The notes under the pieces are model-generated. The model did not search any database and was not told where the DNA came from. It saw nothing but the letters and a program-made list of their open reading frames with translations. Positions 9,376-18,642 of a DNA stretch of 64,000 nt are shown here, one piece after another; position 1 is the first letter of the stretch, and each line of letters begins with the position of its first letter. This DNA comes from Promethearchaeota archaeon. Its GTDB lineage: Archaea; Asgardarchaeota; Heimdallarchaeia; Hodarchaeales; Hodarchaeaceae. The stretch covers positions 1 through 64,000 of the forward strand of contig JBHLMN010000002.1 of NCBI GenBank assembly GCA_048938105.1, given 5' to 3'. Made by a program: the position numbers and the translations under genes.

Positions 9376-9927
9376 TCATTTTAAAGAATCACGATAATAA
9401 ACGGCTCTGCGAATAGCTGAGGCAAAAGCTGTACCGACACCTTGATTTGTAATTGCTGAAGTTGCAAAATAAGTTGCATTCATTTTATCAGCAAATTTCA
9501 ATCCAATGTCATCATTGACTTCACGTTCTTTCTTTAAATCAATTTTATTTCCAACCAAGACGGCTGGACTGTCAGGGAGAATTTTTTTCGCTTCCCTTAC
9601 CCAACTTGGGAGTGATAAGACTGTAGACTTTCTTGTAACGTCAAATATGTACATAATAGTATGGGCACCCTCGTAAAAGAGGGGACGTACCTTATCAAAA
9701 GCAGGTTGGCCAGATAAATCCCAAAAAATGGCTGTAGTCGTTTGATCGCTTGAAGAGCTCTTAAGTTTCAAAAATGAAATATCAGCCCCTGCAGTTGGTT
9801 TATGCTCAAAATCCCTTCCAGTAAATACAGAGACTAACTGAGTCTTCCCTACTAACGCATCACCAGCAACAACAATCTTATATTGTGAGAAGTGAGGCAT
9901 CTCAAAAAGAATATCGTCAGTGGACAT
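9376..9927 (-). CDS. Rab-like small GTPase
   Basis: G1 GDALVGKT, G2 PTAGAD, G3 WDLSGQ, FYEGA, G4 GNKID, G5 TSA. No C-terminal prenylation motif. Confidence 0.92.
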   Translation of the reverse strand: MSTDDILFEMPHFSQYKIVVAGDALVGKTQLVSVFTGRDFEHKPTAGADISFLKLKSSSSDQTTTAIFWDLSGQPAFDKVRPLFYEGAHTIMYIFDVTRKSTVLSLPSWVREAKKILPDSPAVLVGNKIDLKKEREVNDDIGLKFADKMNATYFATSAITNQGVGTAFASAIRRAVYYRDSLK

Positions 9928-10092
9928 AATAAAGACATCTCCATGGTGTAATGAAATCTCTATCTGATATATTATGAATTTATGGTGATTTCTTAAGAAA
10001 CTTTCTTTTTGAAAAAACCTTTTCCTCCTCTTATATTGGAATTTTCCTCAAGAATGAATATAAGGTTCAAGAATTCACTGAAAAATTCTATC

Positions 10093-10236
10093 TTAATCTT
10101 CATTCGTGCCTTCATTGGGTATCGTTTTTTTTTCTTTGGCTAATCTTTCTTTAAGATGCATAGGACAATAATATTTTCCTTTATAACTAGCATAAAAAGA
10201 TTTATTGCACTTACAGCAATTTTGAGGTGTTCTCAC
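10093..10236 (-). CDS. Unannotated 47-aa zinc-finger microprotein (CxxC-x13-CxxH)
   Basis: Hand translation MRTPQNCCKCNKSFYASYKGKYYCPMHLKERLAKEKKTIPNEGTNED*. GTG start preceded by a strong GAGGTGA RBS, about 20 bp after the stop of the upstream gene. Confidence 0.75.
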   Translation of the reverse strand: MRTPQNCCKCNKSFYASYKGKYYCPMHLKERLAKEKKTIPNEGTNED

Positions 10237-10255
10237 TTGGTTTTCACCTCAAGAA

Positions 10256-11227
10256 TCAATACTCAGGTATCAATGGTACTGTTCTTGCATAGTTCGATGT
10301 TAGATAATAATAATTCACCTTTTTGATGGATTCTAAAGGAATAGCTGTTTCCTCAGAAATTTTATCTATTGAGAAGTCAGATTCCAATCGTATTAGAATT
10401 CGGTCAACCTCCTCTGGAGGAAGATTAAAGAAATATTCAAAGCTAGACGGTGATTGAGGTATTTTAGTGGTGAAATATTCTTGAAACCCTAGATACTCTG
10501 CAAGTTGTATGACTTGGGTTCGATAGAGGCCAGCTAATGGTAGGAAATCACAAGCGTGATAAGTACCAAATTTTGTAAATAATCCTAATAACCATTCAGT
10601 TTTGTTTGGGGATCCGATAACAGATCTATTCTCACTTTCAGCCAAAAGGAAAGCGAGGAGAATACCTAAGCGTATTTGGCTTTTATGATGAGCAATAGCT
10701 CTTTGGAAAAATCTTTCTCTTTGTGATGAAGGTTTTTTCACTGGAGGGGCATATGTCTTTTTTTCAATTTCACGACTTGCCATATCACGTAGTAGGAGGT
10801 AGCTAAGGTTGTAATTAAGGGCGGGAACAGGTTCAGGAACAATAAATCTTGATTTGACTGCATAATCTTTAGAGAAGATTTCTCTAATTTCTTTGAGGAT
10901 TCTTTCCTTATTTGCGAAGACAATATTCTCAGGTGGTAAATCTAAGTACTTATTAATTGTAGCGAGGTTCATGTCTTCACGGGGTTGCCTATTAAGGAAT
11001 CTTCCTTTAGTTACTAAGATTTTGACATTTTCTCTTCCCACAATTTCTTTTGCAAGAAAAACATTTGTGATTACCTCAATACAATCCCTGTATAAAATAA
11101 GAAGACCTTCAATATCTCTTTTTTCAATGGTGGAACTTATAAACTCAATGATTTTTGATTTAACATGAGCTGGATTAATTCTCAGTTTGTCTTCTGCAGT
11201 CATTTTTACTTCTCCATGATTACACAC
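10256..11227 (-). CDS. Degenerate NH3-dependent NAD+ synthetase (NadE)-like protein
   Basis: GSPNKTEWLLGLFTKFG..CDFLPLAGLYRTQV..LAEYLG matches the NadE core. The PP-loop SGGxDS is absent (YRDCIE at that position). The true start is probably MTAED. Confidence 0.7.
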   Translation of the reverse strand: MCNHGEVKMTAEDKLRINPAHVKSKIIEFISSTIEKRDIEGLLILYRDCIEVITNVFLAKEIVGRENVKILVTKGRFLNRQPREDMNLATINKYLDLPPENIVFANKERILKEIREIFSKDYAVKSRFIVPEPVPALNYNLSYLLLRDMASREIEKKTYAPPVKKPSSQRERFFQRAIAHHKSQIRLGILLAFLLAESENRSVIGSPNKTEWLLGLFTKFGTYHACDFLPLAGLYRTQVIQLAEYLGFQEYFTTKIPQSPSSFEYFFNLPPEEVDRILIRLESDFSIDKISEETAIPLESIKKVNYYYLTSNYARTVPLIPEY

Positions 11228-11654
11228 GAAACTAACTTTCTTTAAGAATTATTTAATTAAAGATCTGAACATTTTTATCAATATACCATGTTCCTAATCT
11301 CAATTTATTTTAACGTCTGTATAAAATAGACTCAGTTAACGTTGTTTTTAGGCTTTTTAAGACAAATTTATTACTTAACTTTTTGTGTTATAATTCTGAT
11401 TTCTCAGGATTCTTTTTATTTTATGATTTAGATGCAATGAACTCGAGAAACAATGAAGAATAGCTGCATAAAATAGGAGAAAAATACCAGCCAAAAAATT
11501 CTTGAAGAAATAGCTCTACTTATGTTTATCAAGGTTTATAAAAAGTTACAAATAATAATGAAATAAAAAGCCATTCATACTCTTATAATTTTAGGTTTGA
11601 ATTACATAGATTTCGAATTAAACATAATTTAAAGTTAGGTTGTAGCGTAGGGAA

Positions 11655-13157
11655 ATGACAGAGGAAAGAGATCAAATCATTCTAAAAGAAAAGAGGGAAA
11701 AAGAGTTCTATCCTCGGTTATTGGACCATCAATGGCTTAGAAGTCATCATCTATTTGACTTATTCTTTATCGTTGTTCTGGTTCTGTTATTAGGACTATT
11801 TTTGATTTCATATCCTAGAGATCCTCATCTAGGTAATATGATTCTTTTTTCATTGATTTTCGTTGGAACATTCCTTTTAGTGGCTAAATACCATCATCTA
11901 CAACTAACTATCATATTAGTAGCATGTTCAGTGTCATTATTTTTGGCATTTCTTCTACTGGAAGATTTCCGCTGGATGCATGTGATTGATGAATATATGG
12001 AGTGGGAAGTTCTTGCAGTAGTTTTTGGTATGTCAATCTTGGTAGCTGCAACCTCAGAAACTGGACTCTTTGATTGGTTAATAATTCGGATGTTGAAAAT
12101 TTCTAAGGGGGAGATTTTTCCTCTGTTTGCGCTTACTTTTCTTCTCACTTTTTCTTTATCTACAGTTCTAGCAAATGTGACTGCAATGATTTTAGTTTCT
12201 TCGATGATCATAACAGTTTGTAATGGATTAGATTACGATCCTACTCCTTTCTTACTTAGTGCTGTACTTGCAACAAGTCTCGCAGGTATGGCTACTCTTG
12301 TCAGCTCGTTACCTGCAATAATGGTTGGAGCAACAGATGCAGGCAACATCGGATTTATTGATTTTATTTTTGTATCTATCCCATTTCTTATTATTACAAT
12401 TCCTATTACAATCATTTATTTAAAATGGGCTTTTCCACCTGAAAAGATTCCAATAGGAAGTGTTACCAAAAATGGTGTAGATACACAGAAGATCCTTTCT
12501 CTTGATGAGTGGGGTGTTGTAGAGGATCGAAGGAAGTTTTACTTAGCAGCTGTATCACTACTGGTAACAATCGTCGGTTTTGTTCTTTCCCAACCGTTAG
12601 ATTTCCCCATAGGTGTGATTGCCATTTTGGGAGGTATTCTAGCGATAGTTTTAACGAGGAGTGACGAGCATCGCCTTATACGTGAGCTTTCATGGGATAC
12701 CTTGCTTTTCTTTGCGGGACTATTCATTTTAGTAGGTGTTCTTGAAGACACTCATGTTCTTGAAGATATTGCGAATTCTCTCAAGGAAATAAGTGGTGGA
12801 GATCTATTTTTTGCTGGATTTTTAATTCTTATAATTGCTTCAATATTTAGTGGAATCCTTGATAATATCCCTGTGACTGCTGCCTTAATCCCCATTGTTT
12901 CTGATATAAATGAGCCTTATGTTGTAAATAACCCGCGTTTTTTATGGTTTATCTTGGTTTTTGCAGGTGCATTTGGAGGGGGATTAACTCCATTTGGAAG
13001 TGCTGCTTCCATTCTAGCAATCTCTATCTTGACAAAAGAGGGACGCCCATTAAATTTTAAGTATTTCATGGTTCGACTTGTTCCAATCTCCCTGATTTTA
13101 CTTGTTTTTAGTGGCTTCTATCTTTCTTTCCTAGCTTTTGTGTTAAAAGTTATCTAA
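11655..13157 (+). CDS. ArsB/NhaD (IT superfamily, P-protein-like) ion transporter
   Basis: Many TM helices; motifs SETGLFDW, LANVTAM, WDTLLFFAGLFILVG, SGILDNIP and GGGLTPFGSAA. Confidence 0.85.
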   Translation: MTEERDQIILKEKREKEFYPRLLDHQWLRSHHLFDLFFIVVLVLLLGLFLISYPRDPHLGNMILFSLIFVGTFLLVAKYHHLQLTIILVACSVSLFLAFLLLEDFRWMHVIDEYMEWEVLAVVFGMSILVAATSETGLFDWLIIRMLKISKGEIFPLFALTFLLTFSLSTVLANVTAMILVSSMIITVCNGLDYDPTPFLLSAVLATSLAGMATLVSSLPAIMVGATDAGNIGFIDFIFVSIPFLIITIPITIIYLKWAFPPEKIPIGSVTKNGVDTQKILSLDEWGVVEDRRKFYLAAVSLLVTIVGFVLSQPLDFPIGVIAILGGILAIVLTRSDEHRLIRELSWDTLLFFAGLFILVGVLEDTHVLEDIANSLKEISGGDLFFAGFLILIIASIFSGILDNIPVTAALIPIVSDINEPYVVNNPRFLWFILVFAGAFGGGLTPFGSAASILAISILTKEGRPLNFKYFMVRLVPISLILLVFSGFYLSFLAFVLKVI

Positions 13158-13480
13158 GGAGAAATATTATAGGATAACATGTTCTATTTTCTTCTGGTTA
13201 TTGGTTTAGGAACTTTAAAAGATTTTTAGAAGGTATTAAATATAAAAAAGTATGAGTAAAGTCAATATAAAACCGTGACAGATGTAAAAATGCAGATATT
13301 AAAGGAAAGAGATAAGATATTGTATCTATATTTTTATAAAAAAACTGAAGAAACTTTATTTGTGGTGGCAATACAGAAAAATACTTTTCTTTTTTCATAT
13401 CTCAGAATAAGTAATTGTAAATAAACTATTTTACCAGTAAAAAATACTAAATATTATTACTGCTAGCTTAAAAAAATCTA

Positions 13481-14425
13481 GTGACATGGTGTAAAATTTT
13501 GGAAGAACTTGATATTAGTAAAGACATGATGAAGATTACGGAAAGAATTATTCAATTCATTGAGACATCTAAAGAAGAAAGGGGAGTAGAAGGTGTCTTA
13601 ATTTTATTCTCTGGTCATATGGACTCAACAGTTGTTTCTAAATTATCGCTTGATGCATTAGGTAAAGAAGCAGTAAAATTACTTATAAGAACCAATAAGT
13701 ATTTTGAAAAACATAAGGAAACGCTTGAAAAATCTATAGAATTTCTAGAAATAGCAGAAGAAAATATTGTCCACTGTGATATAGAACCAATACTTAAGAA
13801 TTTCGAGCCAAAAGACCTTATCCCAGGATCTGTTCGAGATATTCCTTCATTATATCAGCCACTTAGTTACTCATTGTTAAAGAGCACAGCCAAAAAAGAG
13901 ATTGAAGAAAAAACCTATAGCATGGTTGGAAAAGTAGATTCAGAACGAGAAAAATGGATCCAAAAAATTGTATCTCTGAATAAATTCCGATCAAGGCTGC
14001 AAATGGCTGTTGCATATTTAACTGCAGAACAAGAAAATCGATTTTTAGTGGGGACAATTAATAAAACGGAGCTCTCAACAGGATTATTCACTAAATGGGG
14101 CCATGGCCACTGCGCAGATTTAATGCCTTTAGGGGGTCTTTATCGATCCCAAATATTTCAATTAGCAGAACATCTTGGGCTTCCAGAGTCTATTCAAAAC
14201 TTATCAAAAGCTGATCTGATACCTGGCGTCGAAAATAAGTATATGTATTTCTTTGACTTGCCTGTTAATGATGTTGACAGAATTTTGGTTCGCTTGGAAC
14301 AAGGCCTATCAGGTACAGATATAAGCAGTACTACTGGTATACCAATAGATAAAATTGAAAAAATCTGCATGTATTATAATTCTGCAGCTTACACACGACA
14401 AGTACCACTTATTCCAAAGGTTTAA
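13481..14425 (+). CDS. NadE-like protein (second, less degenerate paralog)
   Basis: Altered PP-loop FSGHMDS; KFRSRLQM; VGTINKTE..GLFTKWG..ADLMPLGGLYRSQI; SKADL. Shares the C-terminal Y.R.VPLIP with 10256..11227. Confidence 0.75.
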   Translation: MTWCKILEELDISKDMMKITERIIQFIETSKEERGVEGVLILFSGHMDSTVVSKLSLDALGKEAVKLLIRTNKYFEKHKETLEKSIEFLEIAEENIVHCDIEPILKNFEPKDLIPGSVRDIPSLYQPLSYSLLKSTAKKEIEEKTYSMVGKVDSEREKWIQKIVSLNKFRSRLQMAVAYLTAEQENRFLVGTINKTELSTGLFTKWGHGHCADLMPLGGLYRSQIFQLAEHLGLPESIQNLSKADLIPGVENKYMYFFDLPVNDVDRILVRLEQGLSGTDISSTTGIPIDKIEKICMYYNSAAYTRQVPLIPKV

Positions 14426-14482
14426 TCTCTTACATATTTCCACTTTTGATGCAATATTCTATTTAATTTGTTTGGTCACCTA

Positions 14483-14547
14483 TTCTAATATTAGAACAGA
14501 TATATCTATAGGAAAAGGTTTTTATATAAACCAAATCTAATATTAGA
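14483..14547. promoter_or_regulatory. Archaeal promoter (BRE-TATA) flanked by two copies of a palindromic operator upstream of the PadR gene
   Basis: Perfect palindrome TTCTAATATTAGAA at 14483-14496 and its core TCTAATATTAGA at 14536-14547. They bracket GGAAAAGG-TTTTTATATAAA at 14511-14530. Confidence 0.7.
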
Positions 14548-14560
14548 ATAGGGAATAATC

Positions 14561-15187
14561 TTGAGTATTAAGGGCACCAAACTAACTCTGAACGATATTA
14601 CAGTATTGGGGCTGCTCATCGAAGAAAAGAATGGTGTAACTGGATTACAGCTTGAAAAAACGATCGAACAAAGGGGAATGAGGGTTTGGACAAATATTGG
14701 AAAATCTAGTGTATATTATGCTTTGAAAAAGCTACAAAAAAACAGATATGCGCATTCGGAGACTATTTCACATCGAAAAGATAATTTGAGTCCTCCTATC
14801 AAAGAAATTTTCTACAAAATAACTGAGGAGGGAGAGAGAGAGTTTGAAAAAGCGATCTATAGCGTAATAGCAAATCCTGAAAAAATAATCGACCCTTTTG
14901 ATATTGCTTATGCCTTCTCTGGAATTTTGTCATATGAGCTGTTGACTAAAGCATTTAGACAACGTATCACGCAGATTCAAGAACGAAAAGCGATTTTAAA
15001 AGATAAGATTGAGGAATTTAGCAAACCAGGAGCATATGGATATCAAATGGATGGGTCGAAGATCTATCACGAAACTGTTATTCAACATATAGTTGCCTTA
15101 TTCACAAGACCGTTGTCCTTTGTAGAGGCTGAGGAGGAATGGTTAATGGATATACTCAAGACCATGAAAGCTAATAAAAAGAAATGA
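14561..15187 (+). CDS. PadR-family transcriptional regulator
   Basis: VLGLL..GLQLEK.IE..W..IGKSSVYYALKKL...YKITEEG wHTH pattern with a helical C-terminal domain. TTG start. Confidence 0.85.
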   Translation: MSIKGTKLTLNDITVLGLLIEEKNGVTGLQLEKTIEQRGMRVWTNIGKSSVYYALKKLQKNRYAHSETISHRKDNLSPPIKEIFYKITEEGEREFEKAIYSVIANPEKIIDPFDIAYAFSGILSYELLTKAFRQRITQIQERKAILKDKIEEFSKPGAYGYQMDGSKIYHETVIQHIVALFTRPLSFVEAEEEWLMDILKTMKANKKK

Positions 15188-15300
15188 GGATATGTAAAAT
15201 ATATTTCAATATCAAAACCCTGCATAAGCAAACACGGAAAACTATGAGTTTTATAGAGAGTGGAATATGAATTCAAGTCACATCATAAACAATTTGGAGT

Positions 15301-16398
15301 ATGAAGAAGGTTTTAATTGATAATAATCGATTGGAGTTATTAAACATGGCAAATACTAAAATAAATAAATCTATAATTCCTAATTTTAACCATATTCCTG
15401 GAGTTCATTGTACTTCCTCAGCTATTCGAGATGTTTTCGAATTTCATGGATTGAAAACGAGTGAAGCAATGATTTTTGGGTTAGGTAGTGGTCTAGGATT
15501 AGGTTATGGAAAACTCGGAAGAGAGATGTCTATAATTGGTGGACGTCAATATAAATTTGAAGACAATCTATGTAATCTACTGAACATTGGATTGAATAAA
15601 TTTACTACAACTAATAAAGAAGAGGGTTGGCAACGTCTCAAGGAGATGTTGGAAAATGACTTACCTGTAGCAATAAACGTAGATATGGCTTTCTTGCCTT
15701 ATCAAGAGTTACCTGAGGGATTTCATTTTGGACAACATACAATTGTGGTAGCTGGGCACAATTCTGAAAATTCTATAGTCCATATTGCTGATACCCACTT
15801 CTCTGATTTAAAAGAAATTACCTTGGAAGACTTAACTAAAGCTAGAAATTATTCATACAGTCGTTGGATGGATCCAAGAAATTTTATCTATGAATTTTCA
15901 TTTCCAAGAGAGGAAGAAGTCCCAGATTTTAAGGATGTAATACCGATTGCAATTCAGAAGACTGGAAAGAATATCCAGAAAAAAAGTCGGATAATGCGCA
16001 TTTTTGGGATGATTAATGGTCTTGATGCAATTAGTAAATTTTCCCAAAGTTTGGATAAGTTAGCAGACTTAGAAAATTCAGTTCTTCAAGATAGATGCAA
16101 TGAAATAGCAGGATTTATCTCTGAATATGGAACAGGTGGGGGTCTTTTTAGATACATATATTCACAATTTTTGCTAGAGTCTGCAGAAATATGTAATGAT
16201 AACTCTTTGATCGAATTGGGGGATTACTACAAGAATCTAGGGGATAAATGGGAAGAAGTAGCCCAAAATGTACTCAGAATACCAGAATCATCTGATCAAG
16301 AGAGAAATCAAGTTATTCTGGTTGTAATGGATATTTTGAACACGATCAAGCTACTCGAAAAGAAAGGAGCTAAAAAACTCCAGGGATATTCAGGATAA
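15301..16398 (+). CDS. BtrH-like / DUF4872 papain-fold hydrolase
   Basis: GVHCTSSA (Cys), SEAMIFGLGSGLG, VDMAFLPY, HFGQHTIVVAG (His), IADT (Asp) and GTGGGLFR. The true start may be 15346 (MANTK). Confidence 0.8.
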   Translation: MKKVLIDNNRLELLNMANTKINKSIIPNFNHIPGVHCTSSAIRDVFEFHGLKTSEAMIFGLGSGLGLGYGKLGREMSIIGGRQYKFEDNLCNLLNIGLNKFTTTNKEEGWQRLKEMLENDLPVAINVDMAFLPYQELPEGFHFGQHTIVVAGHNSENSIVHIADTHFSDLKEITLEDLTKARNYSYSRWMDPRNFIYEFSFPREEEVPDFKDVIPIAIQKTGKNIQKKSRIMRIFGMINGLDAISKFSQSLDKLADLENSVLQDRCNEIAGFISEYGTGGGLFRYIYSQFLLESAEICNDNSLIELGDYYKNLGDKWEEVAQNVLRIPESSDQERNQVILVVMDILNTIKLLEKKGAKKLQGYSG

Positions 16399-16494
16399 TG
16401 ATACTGTCGAAATTAAAAAAAGGTTTAAATTGTTAAAGATCCGAAGTTGATCAATTATTTATATGGTAGCATAAATAATGAAATCTGATATACA

Positions 16495-16656
16495 ATGACG
16501 GGATCAGAGGAGTTACAGTAGGTAAACCAATTAATAGCTGAAGGCCAGTTCAAAGACGCATTAAACAGACTTGTGAAACTGGAAGAAAAAGGGGATCTTG
16601 CAGCTATCGACCAACTTAGAGTTCTGGGAGATATCCCTATCTATCCAGCTTACTAG
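16495..16656 (+). pseudogene. Truncated N-terminal remnant of a TPR-like helical protein
   Basis: MTGSEELQ*VNQLIAEGQFKDALNRLVKLEEKGDLAAIDQLRV...: a TPR-type helix pattern with an internal TAG at codon 9. It ends at the stop of the convergent 16653 gene. Confidence 0.5.
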
Positions 16657-17873
16657 ATACCAAATTCTTTTCGGTACTTATCTATATCGAAGCCTTTTTT
16701 CTTCAGAACTTGAAAAAAACGCTCTTTATCTTGAGGAGTTCGTTTTAAAAGCTGAAAAGTACCGCTAAGAAACTTTCGATAATTATCACGCCATACATTC
16801 CATTCATCAGGGGTAAGAATGATTCGGTCGCTAGAGGTGGAAGATCTTTGTGTTCCAAGGGGATACTGTTCACCTGTCGTTCGATCAGTTATAACAAAAT
16901 ATGACTCTCGGAGGAGTGGATCGTAATGAAGCCAGAGAGTATCAAGAGTAAATCGATGAGGATTTTCAATCTCTCGTGACACTGCTGCAAGAATATAATC
17001 GCTTAGAACAATAAATTCTCCTTCTATGTGAGCAATTCTTTCGAGGTCTTCACATAATGCCTCTTGATCAATAATGCCGTGCCAACTAGAGTCCTGGGAA
17101 TCATCGTCAATCCAATAAGAATACATGCAGGAATAATCCCAAGGGAATTCCCAATAATCTTCATCTCCTGTAGGTTCCGAGATATTGAATGTATGAGATC
17201 TTGCTTCACAGCCATACTTTCTAGCTATTTTTAACATGAGATCTACAGCTTTTGCTGACCTCACGTTATCTAGGGTTCCAATGAGGCAGACTCGAAAGAT
17301 ATGTTCCCCTGGATCACGATAAGAATGAGTCCTGTGATAAAAGTACGCCCAAGGTATTTTTAAGCCTATTTCTTCGGCTTGAGCGTTGAATAGCTGAACT
17401 TCTTGCTGGTGACAAACGAGTTTCGAGATAGTATTCGAGATTGCCTCAGCAGTAACTTCTTCAAGATTAGTCCTAATATCTTCAAAGTGGGCTCGAAAAT
17501 CATTGAAATCCAACCAGACCTTGAAAGTGTTGATCGAAATTGAGGCCCAAACATCTTCAGGAAAAGGAGCCCCTTCGAGACGAGCGGTAGTTCCCTCCCT
17601 TTTCTCTTCAAACTGTTGATAAAGGTCCAAGGTGTTTAACCCCAATAAATTAAGAAATATTCTTTTATCGCTCGGTGTATAAGTCAGAGAGATTTCTAGA
17701 TTGTTATCCATACGGATAGGAATCCATTGCCACGACTCACCAGTTTCAGGATCACATTCTAGATCCCCGACTTCTGCTGCTGTCGTGAATCCTTGTGTGA
17801 TTAATTCTTGGGTAATGGAAAGAGCAATTTTCTCCACTCTCGCAATATTTTCTTGATCATTGGTATTACACAT
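16653..17873 (-). CDS. Hypothetical protein (406 aa, acidic and Trp-rich)
   Basis: Long ORF overlapping the upstream ORF by 1 nt (TAATG). No motif recognised. DNA is visibly less AT-rich than the flanks. Confidence 0.75.
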   Translation of the reverse strand: MCNTNDQENIARVEKIALSITQELITQGFTTAAEVGDLECDPETGESWQWIPIRMDNNLEISLTYTPSDKRIFLNLLGLNTLDLYQQFEEKREGTTARLEGAPFPEDVWASISINTFKVWLDFNDFRAHFEDIRTNLEEVTAEAISNTISKLVCHQQEVQLFNAQAEEIGLKIPWAYFYHRTHSYRDPGEHIFRVCLIGTLDNVRSAKAVDLMLKIARKYGCEARSHTFNISEPTGDEDYWEFPWDYSCMYSYWIDDDSQDSSWHGIIDQEALCEDLERIAHIEGEFIVLSDYILAAVSREIENPHRFTLDTLWLHYDPLLRESYFVITDRTTGEQYPLGTQRSSTSSDRIILTPDEWNVWRDNYRKFLSGTFQLLKRTPQDKERFFQVLKKKGFDIDKYRKEFGI

Positions 17874-18220
17874 TATTCTTTCCTTTCTCCAGTGGTTAAT
17901 AAATCTGAAAAATCGTACTTTAACACAGATCCATAAAGATGCACGAATTCGAGTGAATAATCCTCTCCCCTCTCATTGACAAGAATGACCTCACCAATCT
18001 GCTCATTCACCCATCCTCTCTGTAACAAGTCCAGCCAAAACTCATCAAAGTTGTCACCCCTGAAGAATGCTTGTAATTCCCCCTTAGGGATGGATCTCAC
18101 TTTATTTTGCCTCCTTGTCTCCTCTATCAATCTTTTCTCAGCTAAGGTCAATCTCATCCGCACCTTTTTAGCTCTCCCAGTCTTAATATATCGTCCTTTT
18201 GAATTTTTTGGCTTTTTCAT
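17873..18220 (-). CDS. Small basic protein, possible ribbon-helix-helix DNA-binding protein
   Basis: GRAKKVRMRLTLAEKRLIEE resembles the beta-alpha start of MobC/CopG-type RHH proteins. Confidence 0.55.
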   Translation of the reverse strand: MKKPKNSKGRYIKTGRAKKVRMRLTLAEKRLIEETRRQNKVRSIPKGELQAFFRGDNFDEFWLDLLQRGWVNEQIGEVILVNERGEDYSLEFVHLYGSVLKYDFSDLLTTGERKE

Positions 18221-18642
18221 TGAGGTATCTACCTAACTAACCTTTGGGACATAAGATTATATGAAGTTTTACTTATGGGACACTGGTTAAAACACTATAT
18301 TTATTTCAATTTATCAATATAATCAGAGTCAATATCCTCCAGACATCTGACAGGACTCGAAGACATTGAGGATAAAATCGAGAAGAGGGGCTACTGTAAT
18401 TTTCCCCAGAAGTACGTATTTCAAATATTTAGGGGTATTATAATCATATAAGCAATTCAGAACTTAGTTTTCTAATAATAAGAACCTCTCCATCATTTTT
18501 CAAAATTAATCCAATAGATACTTTTATAAGCTATTGACGAAATTAATCCAATGAAACTGGTGACTTGTGCCAGTTTTCACCTCATCTATCTTTTTCACCT
18601 AACCTCTTCTTTCTTTTTTTTCCAGCTTAGGAGTGAATTTAA

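Noticed and set aside
16495-16656. In-frame TAG as possible pyrrolysine or stop-codon readthrough
   Set aside because: The frame ends ~45 codons later anyway and no pyl genes are in the window. Pseudogenisation is the simpler explanation.
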